In this document: positions 31,711 to 42,266 of the stretch, in pieces
How positions within the stretch are numbered: the first letter of the stretch is position 1
Layout: each line of letters opens with the position of its first letter
NCBI GenBank assembly: GCA_963777505.1
Contig: CAVZQN010000011.1
Location: 64,001 to 128,000, forward strand
Source of the DNA: an uncultured bacterium
Lineage (GTDB): Bacteria; Acidobacteriota; HRBIN11; JAKEFK01
Reading direction: 5' to 3'
DNA: 64,000 nucleotides
Made by a program: the position numbers and the translations under genes
Notes under the pieces: generated by a model
Seen by the model: only the letters and a program-made list of their open reading frames with translations
Told to the model about the DNA's origin: nothing
The model's database searches: none

Positions 31711-31998
31711 GGATTTGGATGGGGGCGTATAAGGAGTTTCGATAGAGGCGACGTAAGTCGCCTGGCAGGGCAAACGTCCGATCGGGGGGTCGGGCGTTTG
31801 TTCCGGAAATAATAAGGGAATTTTGGGGAGTCTATAAGGGGTTTTTGAATAGGGAGTTTTGGGAGTTTATAAGGGAGTTTTAAAGAGGTTAGGGGTTTAA
31901 TAATACGATTGGGGTCGTATTATAGGGATCTTGTAGGGGGATGTATTTCACCAAGTTGGTGAAGGGTTTACAATTCACTGTTAGCACCTCCAAGGAAA

Positions 31999-32035
31999 AG
32001 GCCCTCTTGGCGAAAGCCGGAGGGCTCTTTTTTTT
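31999..32035 (+). terminator. Rho-independent terminator
   Basis: gccctcttggc-gaaa-gccggagggc followed by a T run. Confidence 0.8.
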
Positions 32036-32103
32036 GCCATAAAAGAAATCCAATTTTTCGTTCCTATCATATTTTTTGGAACGAAAGATTCGGACTTCCC
32101 GCC

Positions 32104-33523
32104 TTATGGAAAGATTCCTAATTCCAGGTACGATACCGCAACTTTATTGATTGCATTAACAAATGCTGCAGTACGCAGATTCGGAATGGTTTTGCTCTTG
32201 ACCTTAATATCGCGGATCTGATGGTAGGCTGCTAACATCGTTTCTTCCAAACCTGAATTTACCAGATCCTCTTCATCAGCTCCCTTCGCTAGAAGTTTCT
32301 TTTCTTCATCTGAAATCTTGGTACCTGTGGTTTTTTCAATGGCTCCCAGCAGCCTGGTTGCGGCTCATTTCATCAAACCGTTTTCCCATCCTTCCGAAGC
32401 GTACATGTGACAGATTTTTCAGCCATTCAAAATAAGAAACTGTAACGCCACCTGCATTCAAATACAGATCCGGCACAATCAGAACTTTTTTCTCTTTAAG
32501 GATCTGATCGGCTTCAAATGTTGTTGGGCCATTCGCGCCTTCGGCAATGATCCGTGCTTGAATTCTTGGTGCATTTTGAGCCGTGATTACATTTTCTAAC
32601 GCAGCAGGAATCAGAATATCGCAAGGCTGTTCGAGCGCGTCTTTACTGTTTGGAATATTTGTGGCGCCTGGATAATTTAAGATTGAGCCAGTCTCTTTGC
32701 GATGTTGTACAACCTTTTCAAGATCCAGGCCTTTTTCGTTGTAAATCGCGCCTTCATATTCAGCAAGTCCAACTAGAACGGAGCCGGCTTCCTGAAAGAA
32801 CTTGGAGCAGTAATAGCCGACATTTCCAAGTCCCTGTACAATTACTTTTTTACCAGTGAGCCCTGGATCCATTCCAAGAGCTGTCATGTCCTCTTTGATG
32901 GAGATACATTCACGAATTCCGAAAAATATTCCACGCCCTGTAGCTTCTTTTCTGCCACGAATTCCGCCTTGAGTGATCGGCTTTCCTGTGACGCAGCCAA
33001 GTGCATCGATATGTCCTGGATGAAATGAAGCATACGTATCAGCAATCCACGCCATTTCGCGCGGACCGGTTCCATAGTCAGGCGCCGGAACATCGATACC
33101 TGGACCAATAAAGTGTTTTTTTACGAGTTCTGCCGTGTAACGCCGTGTAATCCGTTCAAGTTGTTCATCCGAATACTTTTTAGGATTGATTTTGATGGCG
33201 CCTTTAGCTCCGCCAAAAGGAACATCAACAATTGCACATTTGTAAGTCATCAAAGATGCAAGCGCTTTCACTTCATCTTCATCAACAAGTTCCGCAAATC
33301 GAATGCCGCCTTTAACGGGAAGCTTATGGTGGCTATGTTCAACACGCCATGCATAAATAACTTCGTAGGTATCCCCCATTCTGACAGGGAATTTAAAGTG
33401 ATAAACGCTATTGCAAATTTTGATTTGATCCAGAAGTCCACGCGGATAATTTAGATGTGGAGCAGCGTTTTCAAAATAACGATCGACAGTGTCCAGGAAG
33501 GAAGAATTGGATGCATCAGACAT
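32104..33523 (-). CDS. gdhA: Glutamate dehydrogenase (Glu/Leu/Phe/Val family); frameshift near 32355
   Basis: [41 protein letters not shown]-terminus ([11 protein letters not shown]...LGIFP) continues in another frame to 32104. Confidence 0.9.
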
Positions 33524-33579
33524 TTCATTTCTCCTCTGAAATTGATCATACTCGAGCCTCGACTATTTGCAAAGCTTTA

Positions 33580-33684
33580 CGGAGCGCAGGCTTCCAGCCT
33601 GCATTACGGGTCGCGGACTTCCAGTCCGCTCATGCAGGCAAGGATGCCTGCGGCCCTTAATGCGGACAAGATGTCCGCGCTCCG
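33580..33684. repeat. Cluster of four GGAG/GGGT-type REP hairpins
   Basis: gcaggcttccagcctgc, gcggacttccagtccgc, gcaggcaaggatgcctgc, gcggacaagatgtccgc, with outer ggagcgc...gcgctcc. Confidence 0.8.
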
Positions 33685-33702
33685 ATATGTTATATTACAT
33701 CC

Positions 33703-34086
33703 ATGAAGGGAGCAGGTGGGACTCCGGGGGGCGTCAAAGTTTTCGTCGTCGGCACGATTATGGCCGTAATCGGCGGTTATCTTCTACTAAACCAGGTACG
33801 CGTACACTCCGGATTCTGGCGCTTCTTCAGCTACGGGAATTTTGGAATTGCGTTGCTTCCATTCCTGTTTGGAGTTGGTTTCCTCTTCTTCAATGGAAGG
33901 TCGATTCCCGGATGGATTCTCACAGTTGTGGGACTCTTGATTATTTTTACAGGCATCATTGCGAATCTGGAGATCTACTTTATTCCAACCAGTTTATTCA
34001 ATACGTTGCTGATGCTTGTGCTGCTTGTTGGAGGGATCGCCCTGGTTTTTCGATCGCTTCAATCTCAGGATAAATCGCAAACCTAA
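33703..34086 (+). CDS. Conserved 4-TM hypothetical membrane protein
   Basis: GAGGTPGG start, four hydrophobic segments. Confidence 0.75.
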   Translation: MKGAGGTPGGVKVFVVGTIMAVIGGYLLLNQVRVHSGFWRFFSYGNFGIALLPFLFGVGFLFFNGRSIPGWILTVVGLLIIFTGIIANLEIYFIPTSLFNTLLMLVLLVGGIALVFRSLQSQDKSQT

Positions 34087-34877
34087 TCGAGCAATTTCAA
34101 TTCTTCTTTAAAAAATTCAGGGCTTGGCGAACTTAGTGTCTCCAGTGGTTCGAAGCGGATCCGAAATTTGCGATCTGCACTCTCTTTAACTTTTGAAAAT
34201 TTCATGCTTCCAACAGGTTGCCAATCGATCCAATCAAAGCTTCCTTTCTCTTTATCTTCCAATTCGAAATCCCAATGATCCATCAATTTTGTGGTTTTGT
34301 TGATGTGCGCCCAGTATTGATCGCCTGGAGTTTCGCCGACTTTATTAAAAGAAAGATGCAAAATATCGCGTCCATTTTTTTCGCCATCATATTTTAGATT
34401 GACGCCGCTATCCATAAGTTTAAGAGGCATAATCAGCCAGTAGGTATCATTGATCCAGCGGCTAAAGGCCCAATCGAGTGCCTTTTGTAGTTTTTCACCT
34501 TCAAGTTTTTGTCCATCTTCCCACGCAGCACCCGTTTTATTTGTAAGATTCACCCATGCAACCTGCACTTTTCCTTCACGAGTTTTGCCTTCGACATGAT
34601 CACGATTATTTTTGCGATCCCATAAATGCTTCACTGCTCTGGTTTCTTGACCTTCCGGTGCAACTACGAAATTAAAGCGGATTGCGGCTGTATTCTTCCA
34701 GGCGTCCATTCCGCCCATCGCTTTAATGGTTTCTTCTGCCAGTTTTACGGCTTTTGGATCTTTGTTATCCTGCGCAATTGCTTTATCAAAGTAAACCAGC
34801 ATGACGATCATTAAAACGAAAAACAAAACAAAAAGAGGCCAATTGATTTTTTTTGAATATCGAATGTCTTCAATCAT
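34083..34877 (-). CDS. Secreted/periplasmic hypothetical protein
   Basis: Signal/TM, AMGG..AW, WINDTYWLIMPLKL.D.GV, VGETPGDQYW. Confidence 0.75.
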   Translation of the reverse strand: MIEDIRYSKKINWPLFVLFFVLMIVMLVYFDKAIAQDNKDPKAVKLAEETIKAMGGMDAWKNTAAIRFNFVVAPEGQETRAVKHLWDRKNNRDHVEGKTREGKVQVAWVNLTNKTGAAWEDGQKLEGEKLQKALDWAFSRWINDTYWLIMPLKLMDSGVNLKYDGEKNGRDILHLSFNKVGETPGDQYWAHINKTTKLMDHWDFELEDKEKGSFDWIDWQPVGSMKFSKVKESADRKFRIRFEPLETLSSPSPEFFKEELKLLD

Positions 34878-34904
34878 GAGAATTCCTCCGGGACATGCGC
34901 GATT

Positions 34905-35477
34905 TTATTGCGTATTGGATTGCAATAAATCGAGCAAAGTTTTAACGATGCGGCCGGTGAGCCCCCAAATTGTATGGGAACGCCATTCGTAATAGTAAAC
35001 GGGGTACAGTTTTTGATCAATCACCCTTTCTTCCTGACGAAAAATTGCCGGATCTCTTAACTCACGCAATGGTACTTCCAGTAACTCTGCAACTTCTTCC
35101 GGATTTGCCCGAAACTCAGTTGCCGGAGACAACATTCCTATATACGGAACCACGAGAAAAGAACTACTGACCGTGCGCCAGTGTTCGAGCCGTCCTAAAA
35201 TTTCAACCCGTTCCGCCGGTACATCAACTTCTTCCTTCAATTCCCTTAAGGCTGTTGCCATCAAATCTGTGTCAATCGATTCCATGGTTCCGCCTGGAAA
35301 TGAGATTTCGCTGCTGTGATGCTGAAGATTTTCACTCCTGTGTGTGAACAGCAGATGCCATTCTCCATTCCGTTCAAAAAATGGAACAAGTACAGCTGCT
35401 AATGCACGACCTGGATCAGACAATTCTCCTGGAGGTTCTTGAATCAATTTCTGTCGCAAAAGTGAAGGCAATTCCAT
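34905..35477 (-). CDS. Nudix CoA pyrophosphatase
   Basis: AAVLVP, LFTHRS..L..H..EISFPGG, Nudix box ALRELKEEV, IWGLTG. Confidence 0.9.
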   Translation of the reverse strand: MELPSLLRQKLIQEPPGELSDPGRALAAVLVPFFERNGEWHLLFTHRSENLQHHSSEISFPGGTMESIDTDLMATALRELKEEVDVPAERVEILGRLEHWRTVSSSFLVVPYIGMLSPATEFRANPEEVAELLEVPLRELRDPAIFRQEERVIDQKLYPVYYYEWRSHTIWGLTGRIVKTLLDLLQSNTQ

Positions 35478-35487
35478 ATTGATTTGT

Positions 35488-35592
35488 TGAAGGCCCGGCC
35501 TTGCGGTAGTGGGGAGCGAAGGCCGGGCCTTTACACGTTCAATTTTGAGGCCGGGCTTTCGAACCCCACAGCCGCAAAGCCCGGCCTCGATT
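35488..35592. repeat. REP-like pair of GC-rich hairpins
   Basis: aaggcccggcctt...aaggccgggcctt and gaggccgggcttt...aaagcccggcctc. Confidence 0.65.
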
Positions 35593-35612
35593 AAGATTAC
35601 TATAGGAATGTG

Positions 35613-36618
35613 ATGAACATAACGCAAAAGCTCAAGCAGAAAGCTCTGGAGATCGGATTTTCGCGTGTTGGTATCTGTTCTGTCGGACCCGGAGACGAAG
35701 TAGGAAATTTACGCGATTGGATTTCCAAAGGCTTTCACGGGCAGATGAAGTATATGGAAAATTCCAAACGCATCTCACCACGCGAAGTCTTGCCATGGCT
35801 GTAATACTATGATAGTAGTACTATTAAATTACCGATGGACCGAGGGCGCGGATCAATCCCAGGAAGGCATGATCAGCAAATATGCATGGGCAACGGATTA
35901 TCATCGCGTTATGCTGCCGATGCTAGAGCAGCTTTCGGATTTTCTGCTGGAATTGGCTCCGCAAGCGGTGACAAAGGCGTATGTAGACACTGGCCCAATC
36001 TCAGAAAAATATTGGGCCCAGAAAGCTGGAGTCGGCTGGATTGGAAAACATACAAACGTTTTGAATCAAGAGGGCAGCTCCTGGTTTTTTATAGGCGTGA
36101 TTTTAACCGATCTTCAACTTGAACCGGATGCTCCGGCTGAAGATCACTGCGGAACCTGTGAACGTTGTATTGAGGCATGTCCGACGCGTGCGATCGTTGC
36201 GCCATATGTTCTTGATTCCCGTCTTTGCATTTCTTATCTAACAATTGAACTTCGTGAATCAATTCCTGTTGAATTGCGTTCTTTAATCGGACACCGGATT
36301 TTTGGCTGTGATGATTGTCAGGATGTTTGTCCCTGGAATCGATTTGCGTATGCTGGTGACCCGCGCTTTAATCCGCGTCCGGAAATCCTTGCTGCGACTT
36401 TAACTGAATATTTACGGATGTCACCCGAAGAGTTTCGGGATCGTTTTCAAGGAACAAATGTTTTGCGCGCAAAATATCGAGGTTTTATTCGAAATTGTCT
36501 TGTAGCAGCAGGAAATTCAAAGCGTCCTGAACTTCGAAATGAAATTGCGAAACATTTGGAATCGCAGGATGAAATGATACGTGAGCATGCGGAATGGGCG
36601 ATTGCCCAGTTGCTTTAA
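35613..36618 (+). CDS. queG: tRNA epoxyqueuosine reductase; frameshift near 35795
   Basis: G.M.YME, ISKYAW..DYH, VDTGPISEK, CGTCERCIEACPT, CISYLTIE, FGCDDCQDVCPWN. Confidence 0.93.
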
Positions 36619-36636
36619 CCGCTGAGTCTCAGAGTG

Positions 36637-36960
36637 TTAATTGCCGGAGCGTTGTTCAAGATCAGGGTTGGCATTCTGAAAGAAGGCGCGCATCTGTTGA
36701 ACAAGAGCTTCATTTTTTATGCCTTGATGCTCTGCAGGATACCGGTCCAGATAGACACATGCGGTTCCGCAAACTTTATCGGCACCTTTTCTATTGCCTC
36801 GCTGTAGATGTGCAAGCGCCACAGCGCATTGAATCAAACCTTTATAAAAGTCCTTATCTTCGCCTACAGTCTCCAGCCAGAGCTGTTCTAAGACTTCATG
36901 CGCCTCATAAAACTCTTTTCTATTGAACAACGAAATAAACTCTTCTAATTCTGGTTCCAT
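36637..36960 (-). CDS. DUF309 protein
   Basis: LFN..EFYEAHEVLEQLW, YKGLIQ.AVAL.H..RGN. Confidence 0.9.
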   Translation of the reverse strand: MEPELEEFISLFNRKEFYEAHEVLEQLWLETVGEDKDFYKGLIQCAVALAHLQRGNRKGADKVCGTACVYLDRYPAEHQGIKNEALVQQMRAFFQNANPDLEQRSGN

Positions 36961-37009
36961 GGTAAGTTCTTAGTATAGTAATAGAAGTCGGTTTTTACTG
37001 GAATAAAGA

Positions 37010-39115
37010 GTGACAGACGAAGCCAAACCTCAAAGTTCCGATCAAGTCCGTTCATTTTGGCTTTATCCGCAATGGTGGAAACGAAGGCGCAGTTTTGATA
37101 CACGTCCTGTACTGTTATTGCTTGCTGCACTTGTTGGGGGTCTTGGCGGTCTTGCAGCAGTCCTGTTCAAAGATTTATCCAACACTGTGCAAGATGTGAT
37201 TATCGGATCGCAGCCTTCTTTCCTTGAAGCTTGTCTACGGCTGCCATGGTATTTGCGTTTACTGATTCCGACTGCCGGAGGATTACTCGCTGGTGGTGTC
37301 CTGTATCTTTTGCCAAAGGAAGGAAAGGGACATGGAATTTCAGAAGTTATGGAAGCGGTCAGTATTAGAGGGGGAGTGCTCAGTTTTCGCGTTGCAATCA
37401 TCCGTTCCTTTTCATCTTTGATGAGCATTGCAACAGGTGCATCGATCGGACGCGAAGGTCCCATTGTTCAGATTGCTGCAATGCTTGGTTCAAAAACCGG
37501 ACAATTCTTCCGCATCCAAAAAGAAAACATTAGCATTCTTGTCGGCTGTGGTGTTGCCGCAGGAATCGCTGCAGCGTATAACGTTCCGATTGCTGCATCG
37601 TTCTTTGTAATGGAAATTATCATTGGCAACTTCGCGATTGAAATTTTTGCACCACTTGTCGTTTCATCGATTGTTGCAACTCTTGTATACCGCCGCATTT
37701 TCGGAAATGAACCAGTTTATGGCACGCCTCATTTCAGTCTCGTGTCAGAATGGGAGCTCATTGCCTATGTTGTTTTAGGAATTCTTGCTGGAATCGCTGC
37801 AGCACTTCTGAGGGAATCATTAAAGCTTTCCGAACGTGAATTCGGCAGACGAAATGTTCCACTCATCGTGAAAAGCGGACTCGGTGGTTTGTTGATCGGC
37901 ATCATTGGCTTAGGCTGGCCGCATGTTTGGGGGAATGGTTATAACGCGATTAACACAATGCTTTTAAGCCAGATGGGTTTCAGTCTAATGCTTCTGCTTT
38001 TTTACCTGAAAATTATGGCAACAAGTATCAGCGTTGGATCGGGAGCATCTGGCGGTGTTTTTACACCGACTCAATTTATCGGAGCAGCGCTGGGGGGCTT
38101 TGTTGGATTTGCAGCGCATGAAGCTTTTCCAAATCATGTTGCGTTTTCAAGCGCGTATGCCCTTGTTGGTATGGGTTGTTTGATGGCCGGCACTACATAT
38201 GCGCCCATTATGTCGATTCTTATGGTTTTTGAAATGACGTTGGATTACGAAATTATTCTGCCGCTCATGCTGTCCTGCATCGTAAGCAGCATGGTGGCTC
38301 GTCAATTTCACCGGGATTCGATTTACACAGAAAAACTTCGCAAAAAAGGGATCCGTTTTGATCTTACGTTTGAAGAAAATGCGATGCGTGGAATCCGAGT
38401 GGAAGATATCTTGCGCAAGGAAGTTCCATTCATTCCAGGGAAAAAACATTTGAATGATGTTCTGAATCATTTCTTGCGATCTAGGACAAATCTTCTTTAT
38501 GTTGTAAATGACGATGGACGTTTGATTGGTTCAATCGATCTTCATGATCTGAAAGAGTTTTTTAATGAGAAGGATTTGTATTCTTTTGTAAATGCCCAAG
38601 ATGTTGCAACCCCCGTTACAGCAGTTTTTCCGGGGCAATCTTTAATCGATGTGATGGATACGCTCTACTTAACAGACGCGGATCAGATTCCTGTTGTGGA
38701 TAACAAAGACGACAATAAATTTTTAGGTGTGATCACCCGGCGTGACATTATCGGCGCTTATAACCGCGAAGTGTTGAAGAAAAAAATCCTGGCCACAAAG
38801 TTCATTACTCGTAAAAAGGAAAAAGAAGGTATCGACTACGTTGAAATGCCAGCCGGTTACAGGCTTGGTAAGATTGCAGTCCCTGAAGAACTGGAAAACA
38901 AGACTTTAGGCGAAGTAAATTTCCGCACGAAATATCATTTTCAAGTGCTTGCTCTGCTCCGCCAGTCTGGGGATGGAAAGAGCCAGCGGTTAATCGCCGA
39001 GCCACAATTAAGGTTGAACCGCGGAGATGAAATGATCGTCATTGGTACCGAGGACGATTTCGAACGCTTTCAGAAGAAAGAGATTAGTGTACTTTGTGTC
39101 TTTGTGGTGAAATAA
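37010..39115 (+). CDS. ClC chloride channel/transporter with CBS pair and TrkA-C (RCK_C) domain
   Basis: GHGISEV, GREGP, GGVFTP, IYT..L, CBS domains, C-terminal RCK_C-like domain. Confidence 0.92.
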   Translation: MTDEAKPQSSDQVRSFWLYPQWWKRRRSFDTRPVLLLLAALVGGLGGLAAVLFKDLSNTVQDVIIGSQPSFLEACLRLPWYLRLLIPTAGGLLAGGVLYLLPKEGKGHGISEVMEAVSIRGGVLSFRVAIIRSFSSLMSIATGASIGREGPIVQIAAMLGSKTGQFFRIQKENISILVGCGVAAGIAAAYNVPIAASFFVMEIIIGNFAIEIFAPLVVSSIVATLVYRRIFGNEPVYGTPHFSLVSEWELIAYVVLGILAGIAAALLRESLKLSEREFGRRNVPLIVKSGLGGLLIGIIGLGWPHVWGNGYNAINTMLLSQMGFSLMLLLFYLKIMATSISVGSGASGGVFTPTQFIGAALGGFVGFAAHEAFPNHVAFSSAYALVGMGCLMAGTTYAPIMSILMVFEMTLDYEIILPLMLSCIVSSMVARQFHRDSIYTEKLRKKGIRFDLTFEENAMRGIRVEDILRKEVPFIPGKKHLNDVLNHFLRSRTNLLYVVNDDGRLIGSIDLHDLKEFFNEKDLYSFVNAQDVATPVTAVFPGQSLIDVMDTLYLTDADQIPVVDNKDDNKFLGVITRRDIIGAYNREVLKKKILATKFITRKKEKEGIDYVEMPAGYRLGKIAVPEELENKTLGEVNFRTKYHFQVLALLRQSGDGKSQRLIAEPQLRLNRGDEMIVIGTEDDFERFQKKEISVLCVFVVK

Positions 39116-39124
39116 TTTGCAGAA

Positions 39125-39686
39125 CATGAAAAAGAAACAACTTCCGGTTAAGCAAACAAAACCGACGAAAAAGATCAAACTGGAGATCAATACGGATCGG
39201 CTTGAAGAAAGTGTTCGTCAAGCCGTTGATAAAGTTCAGTATTGGTATGGCCAGGGAATGATCCACAAGGTGAGACTCAAGTATCGCGGGAAGGCAATTC
39301 TTCCGGATATTCCGCTTTCGTATTTTATGCTTGTTCAAGTTGCTACTTTTTTTCTTACCGGTGTCGTGCGAGCTCTTGCAATCTCACTTGGAACACGAGT
39401 TTTTTTCGAAGTTGAATTAATTAATGATGCAGAAGAGCTGTTTAAGCGAGCGAAGGAAATTTATCTCGATGGTGAGCTCGATGATGCAGAAGCCCTTTTG
39501 GAAGACGTTCTAAAACTTGATAAACACTATGCAGAAGCTCATCTTTATCTTGGCATTATTAGCAAAATTAAACAGGATCGTGCGAAAGCATCACGTCACT
39601 TCTTGCAAGCACAGAAATTGGATCCGACAGGCAAGACTGGTACAGAAGCTGGCAAGAATTTAAAGAAGTTGATGCCGCCTGAGTGA
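39125..39686 (+). CDS. TPR-containing hypothetical protein
   Basis: C-terminal TPRs (YAEAHLYLGII). N-terminal DUF4342-like segment. Confidence 0.7.
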
Positions 39687-39696
39687 AGGTATTTGA

Positions 39697-40677
39697 ATGA
39701 AAGTTCTGGTTACCGGGGGGGCTGGATACATCGGCAGCGTTGTTGTTGAAGAGTTGATTCAAGAAAAGCACGAGCCGGTAGTATTCGATAATCTTTCCGA
39801 AGGACATCGCGAAGCAGTCCCATCTCAAATTCCGCTCATTCAGGGCGATTTGCGCGATGGCAAGCAACTGCGAGAGGTATTGAAGGATCAGAAGATTGAG
39901 GCAGTCATTCACATGGCAGCTTCTGCGCTTGTTGGGGAATCTGTTTCGAAGCCGCGAGAGTATTACGATAACAATCTTCAGGCAGGCCTGTCTCTTTTAA
40001 ATGCGATGTTGGATACGGGCGTTCAACGTATCGTGTTTTCTTCGACCGCTGCGGTTTATGGGGAACCTGCCCATACTCCGATTTTGGAATCAGAACCAAC
40101 TTACCCTGAAAATCCGTACGGTGAAACAAAATTGGCCATGGAAAAAGCTTTGCGTTGGTACGGTGATGCATATGGATTTCAATTTGCGGTGCTTCGATAC
40201 TTTAATGCGGCAGGTGCGACAGAAAGATGCGGCGAAATACATAATCCGGAGACGCACTTAATTCCAATCGTGTTACAGGCTGCAACAGGAAAACGGCCGT
40301 TCGTTGAAATTTATGGTGACAATTGGCCGACGCGAGACGGTAGTTGTGTTCGTGATTACATTCATGTTACAGATCTCGCCCGAGCGCATATTCTCGCCAT
40401 GGCGAAATTCGATCAAGGCAATCGAATTTATAATCTCGGTTGTGGCGGTGATGGTTACACTGTCAGAGAAGTTATTCAGGCTGCGCGTGAAGTTACCGGC
40501 CGGGATATAGAGGCGCGAATCGCACGCCGGCGTCCGGGAGATCCGGCCACTCTCATCGCAAGTTCTGCAAAAATTCAACGAGAATTAGGCTGGAAACCCA
40601 GCTTTCAAAGTCTAAAGGCGATTCTTGGCTCGGCATGGGATTGGCTCCAACGCCACCCCAACGGATACGCCAGTTAG
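39697..40677 (+). CDS. galE: UDP-glucose 4-epimerase
   Basis: TGGAGYIGS, FSSTAAVYG, YGETK, LRYFNAAGA, RDYIHV. Confidence 0.96.
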   Translation: MKVLVTGGAGYIGSVVVEELIQEKHEPVVFDNLSEGHREAVPSQIPLIQGDLRDGKQLREVLKDQKIEAVIHMAASALVGESVSKPREYYDNNLQAGLSLLNAMLDTGVQRIVFSSTAAVYGEPAHTPILESEPTYPENPYGETKLAMEKALRWYGDAYGFQFAVLRYFNAAGATERCGEIHNPETHLIPIVLQAATGKRPFVEIYGDNWPTRDGSCVRDYIHVTDLARAHILAMAKFDQGNRIYNLGCGGDGYTVREVIQAAREVTGRDIEARIARRRPGDPATLIASSAKIQRELGWKPSFQSLKAILGSAWDWLQRHPNGYAS

Positions 40678-40723
40678 TCTTTACGCTTTTGTGGTTTATA
40701 ATTCCATGTTTTAGGTGAGATAT

Positions 40724-42226
40724 ATGTCACAAAATGTTCGCTTACAATTAAGTGCTTTACCGCCCGCTAAAGAAGAGTCGGATGCGCTTGTCGTTTTTGT
40801 TCCCCAGGGGGAAGTAACATCATCAGAGTTTAAAGACTTGGATAAACAGCTTGGCGGCGCCCTTTCAAAAGTTTTAAAACAGGAAAAGTTTCAGGGAAAG
40901 ATCGGAGATCAAATTCTGTATCATTCTCCAAATACTTTGAAGGCACGGCGGGTTGTAGTTGCCGGCTTAGGGAAGAAAGAAAATTTTTCTGAAGAGAGTT
41001 TTCGCCGTGCTTCGGCAACCGCCGCAATCGCTGCTAGAAATGCGGCTTGTTCTAAAGTTTCATACATAATGCCTTCAAAGACAAAGATCGCGGAAGAAAA
41101 AGTTGTTCGTGCCATTGCTGAAGGCGCCATTTTAGGTAGCTATCGATATACGAAATACAAAACGCGTGAAGAAGATCTTGATCGCGCAAAAGTCATAAAT
41201 ACAGTAAGTATCCTCGCTTCAAAAAAAGCTTCATTTCAAAAAGCGCTTGATATTGCAAAGTTAATGACGGATGCCACCTGTTTTGCTCGCGACCTTGTAA
41301 ATGAACCACCGAATACTCTGCATCCTGCAGCGCTTGAAGAAATTGCGCGGAAAGCTGCGCAGGAAGGCAAACTGAAATTTCGCGTACTGCAGGCCCCTGA
41401 ATTGAAGAAGCTTGGAGCAGGCGCAATCCTTGGTGTTGGAAGTGGATCTTCAGTGCCGCCACGGCTGATTGAAATTTCCTATAGCAGCGGCAAAAAAGGT
41501 GCGCGAAAAATTGCACTCGTTGGAAAAGGAATAACTTTTGACAGTGGTGGACTTTCACTGAAGCCTTCAAAATCTATGGAGACCATGAAGTGTGATATGG
41601 CCGGTGCTGCTGCTGTCCTTGCAACGATGCGCACATTATCTGTGCTTCGGCCGAAATTTGATGTCATCGGTATTCTTTGTGCCGCTGAAAACATGCCCAG
41701 CGGATCTGCCATACGGCCTGGTGATGTTTTGCGAGCGATGAATGGCAAAACAATCGAGGTCATCAATACCGATGCGGAAGGACGATTGGTGCTTGCTGAC
41801 GGCATCTCATGGGCAGTTAGACAAGGCGCAACCGAAATCATTGATTTAGCCACATTGACTGGCGCTTGCATCATCGGACTGGGACCATATGTTGCTGGAG
41901 CGATGACCAATGATCTTCCTTTAACAAAACGCGTAATTGAAGCAGGACGTCTAGCCGGCGAACCGATCTGGCAGCTTCCAGTTTTGGAAGAATATGAGTA
42001 CATGATAAAAAGCGAGATCGCTGATATTAAAAACCTCGCCCCAAACAGTGAAGCCGGTGCAATTCAAGGTGCACTATTTTTGAAAGAATTTATAGGAAAT
42101 GCAAAATGGGTCCATTTAGATATTGCTGGACCAGCATGGCTCGAAAAAGATTTTTTCCATACGCCTAAGAATGGGACAGGTTTCGGCGTACGCACTCTTT
42201 TGCAATTCTTAACCGAATCCAAGTAG
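40724..42226 (+). CDS. pepA: Leucyl aminopeptidase (M17)
   Basis: VGKGITFDSGG, MKCDMAGAA, NTDAEGRL, ATLTGA, HLDIAG. Confidence 0.96.
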   Translation: MSQNVRLQLSALPPAKEESDALVVFVPQGEVTSSEFKDLDKQLGGALSKVLKQEKFQGKIGDQILYHSPNTLKARRVVVAGLGKKENFSEESFRRASATAAIAARNAACSKVSYIMPSKTKIAEEKVVRAIAEGAILGSYRYTKYKTREEDLDRAKVINTVSILASKKASFQKALDIAKLMTDATCFARDLVNEPPNTLHPAALEEIARKAAQEGKLKFRVLQAPELKKLGAGAILGVGSGSSVPPRLIEISYSSGKKGARKIALVGKGITFDSGGLSLKPSKSMETMKCDMAGAAAVLATMRTLSVLRPKFDVIGILCAAENMPSGSAIRPGDVLRAMNGKTIEVINTDAEGRLVLADGISWAVRQGATEIIDLATLTGACIIGLGPYVAGAMTNDLPLTKRVIEAGRLAGEPIWQLPVLEEYEYMIKSEIADIKNLAPNSEAGAIQGALFLKEFIGNAKWVHLDIAGPAWLEKDFFHTPKNGTGFGVRTLLQFLTESK

Positions 42227-42248
42227 GGATGGGTCTAAGGCCCGCCCG
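42223..42248. repeat. Degenerate GTAG-type REP
   Basis: gtagggatgggtctaaggcccgccc. Confidence 0.6.
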
Positions 42249-42266
42249 GAGCTGAATAGGAACCAT

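Noticed and set aside
31800-31945. CRISPR array
   Set aside because: Repeats are about 10 nt, degenerate and lack unique 30-40 nt spacers. There are no cas genes.
35795-35810. Programmed stop readthrough or recoding in queG
   Set aside because: The two parts are in different frames and one extra base explains it. No slippery site or SECIS-like hairpin is evident.
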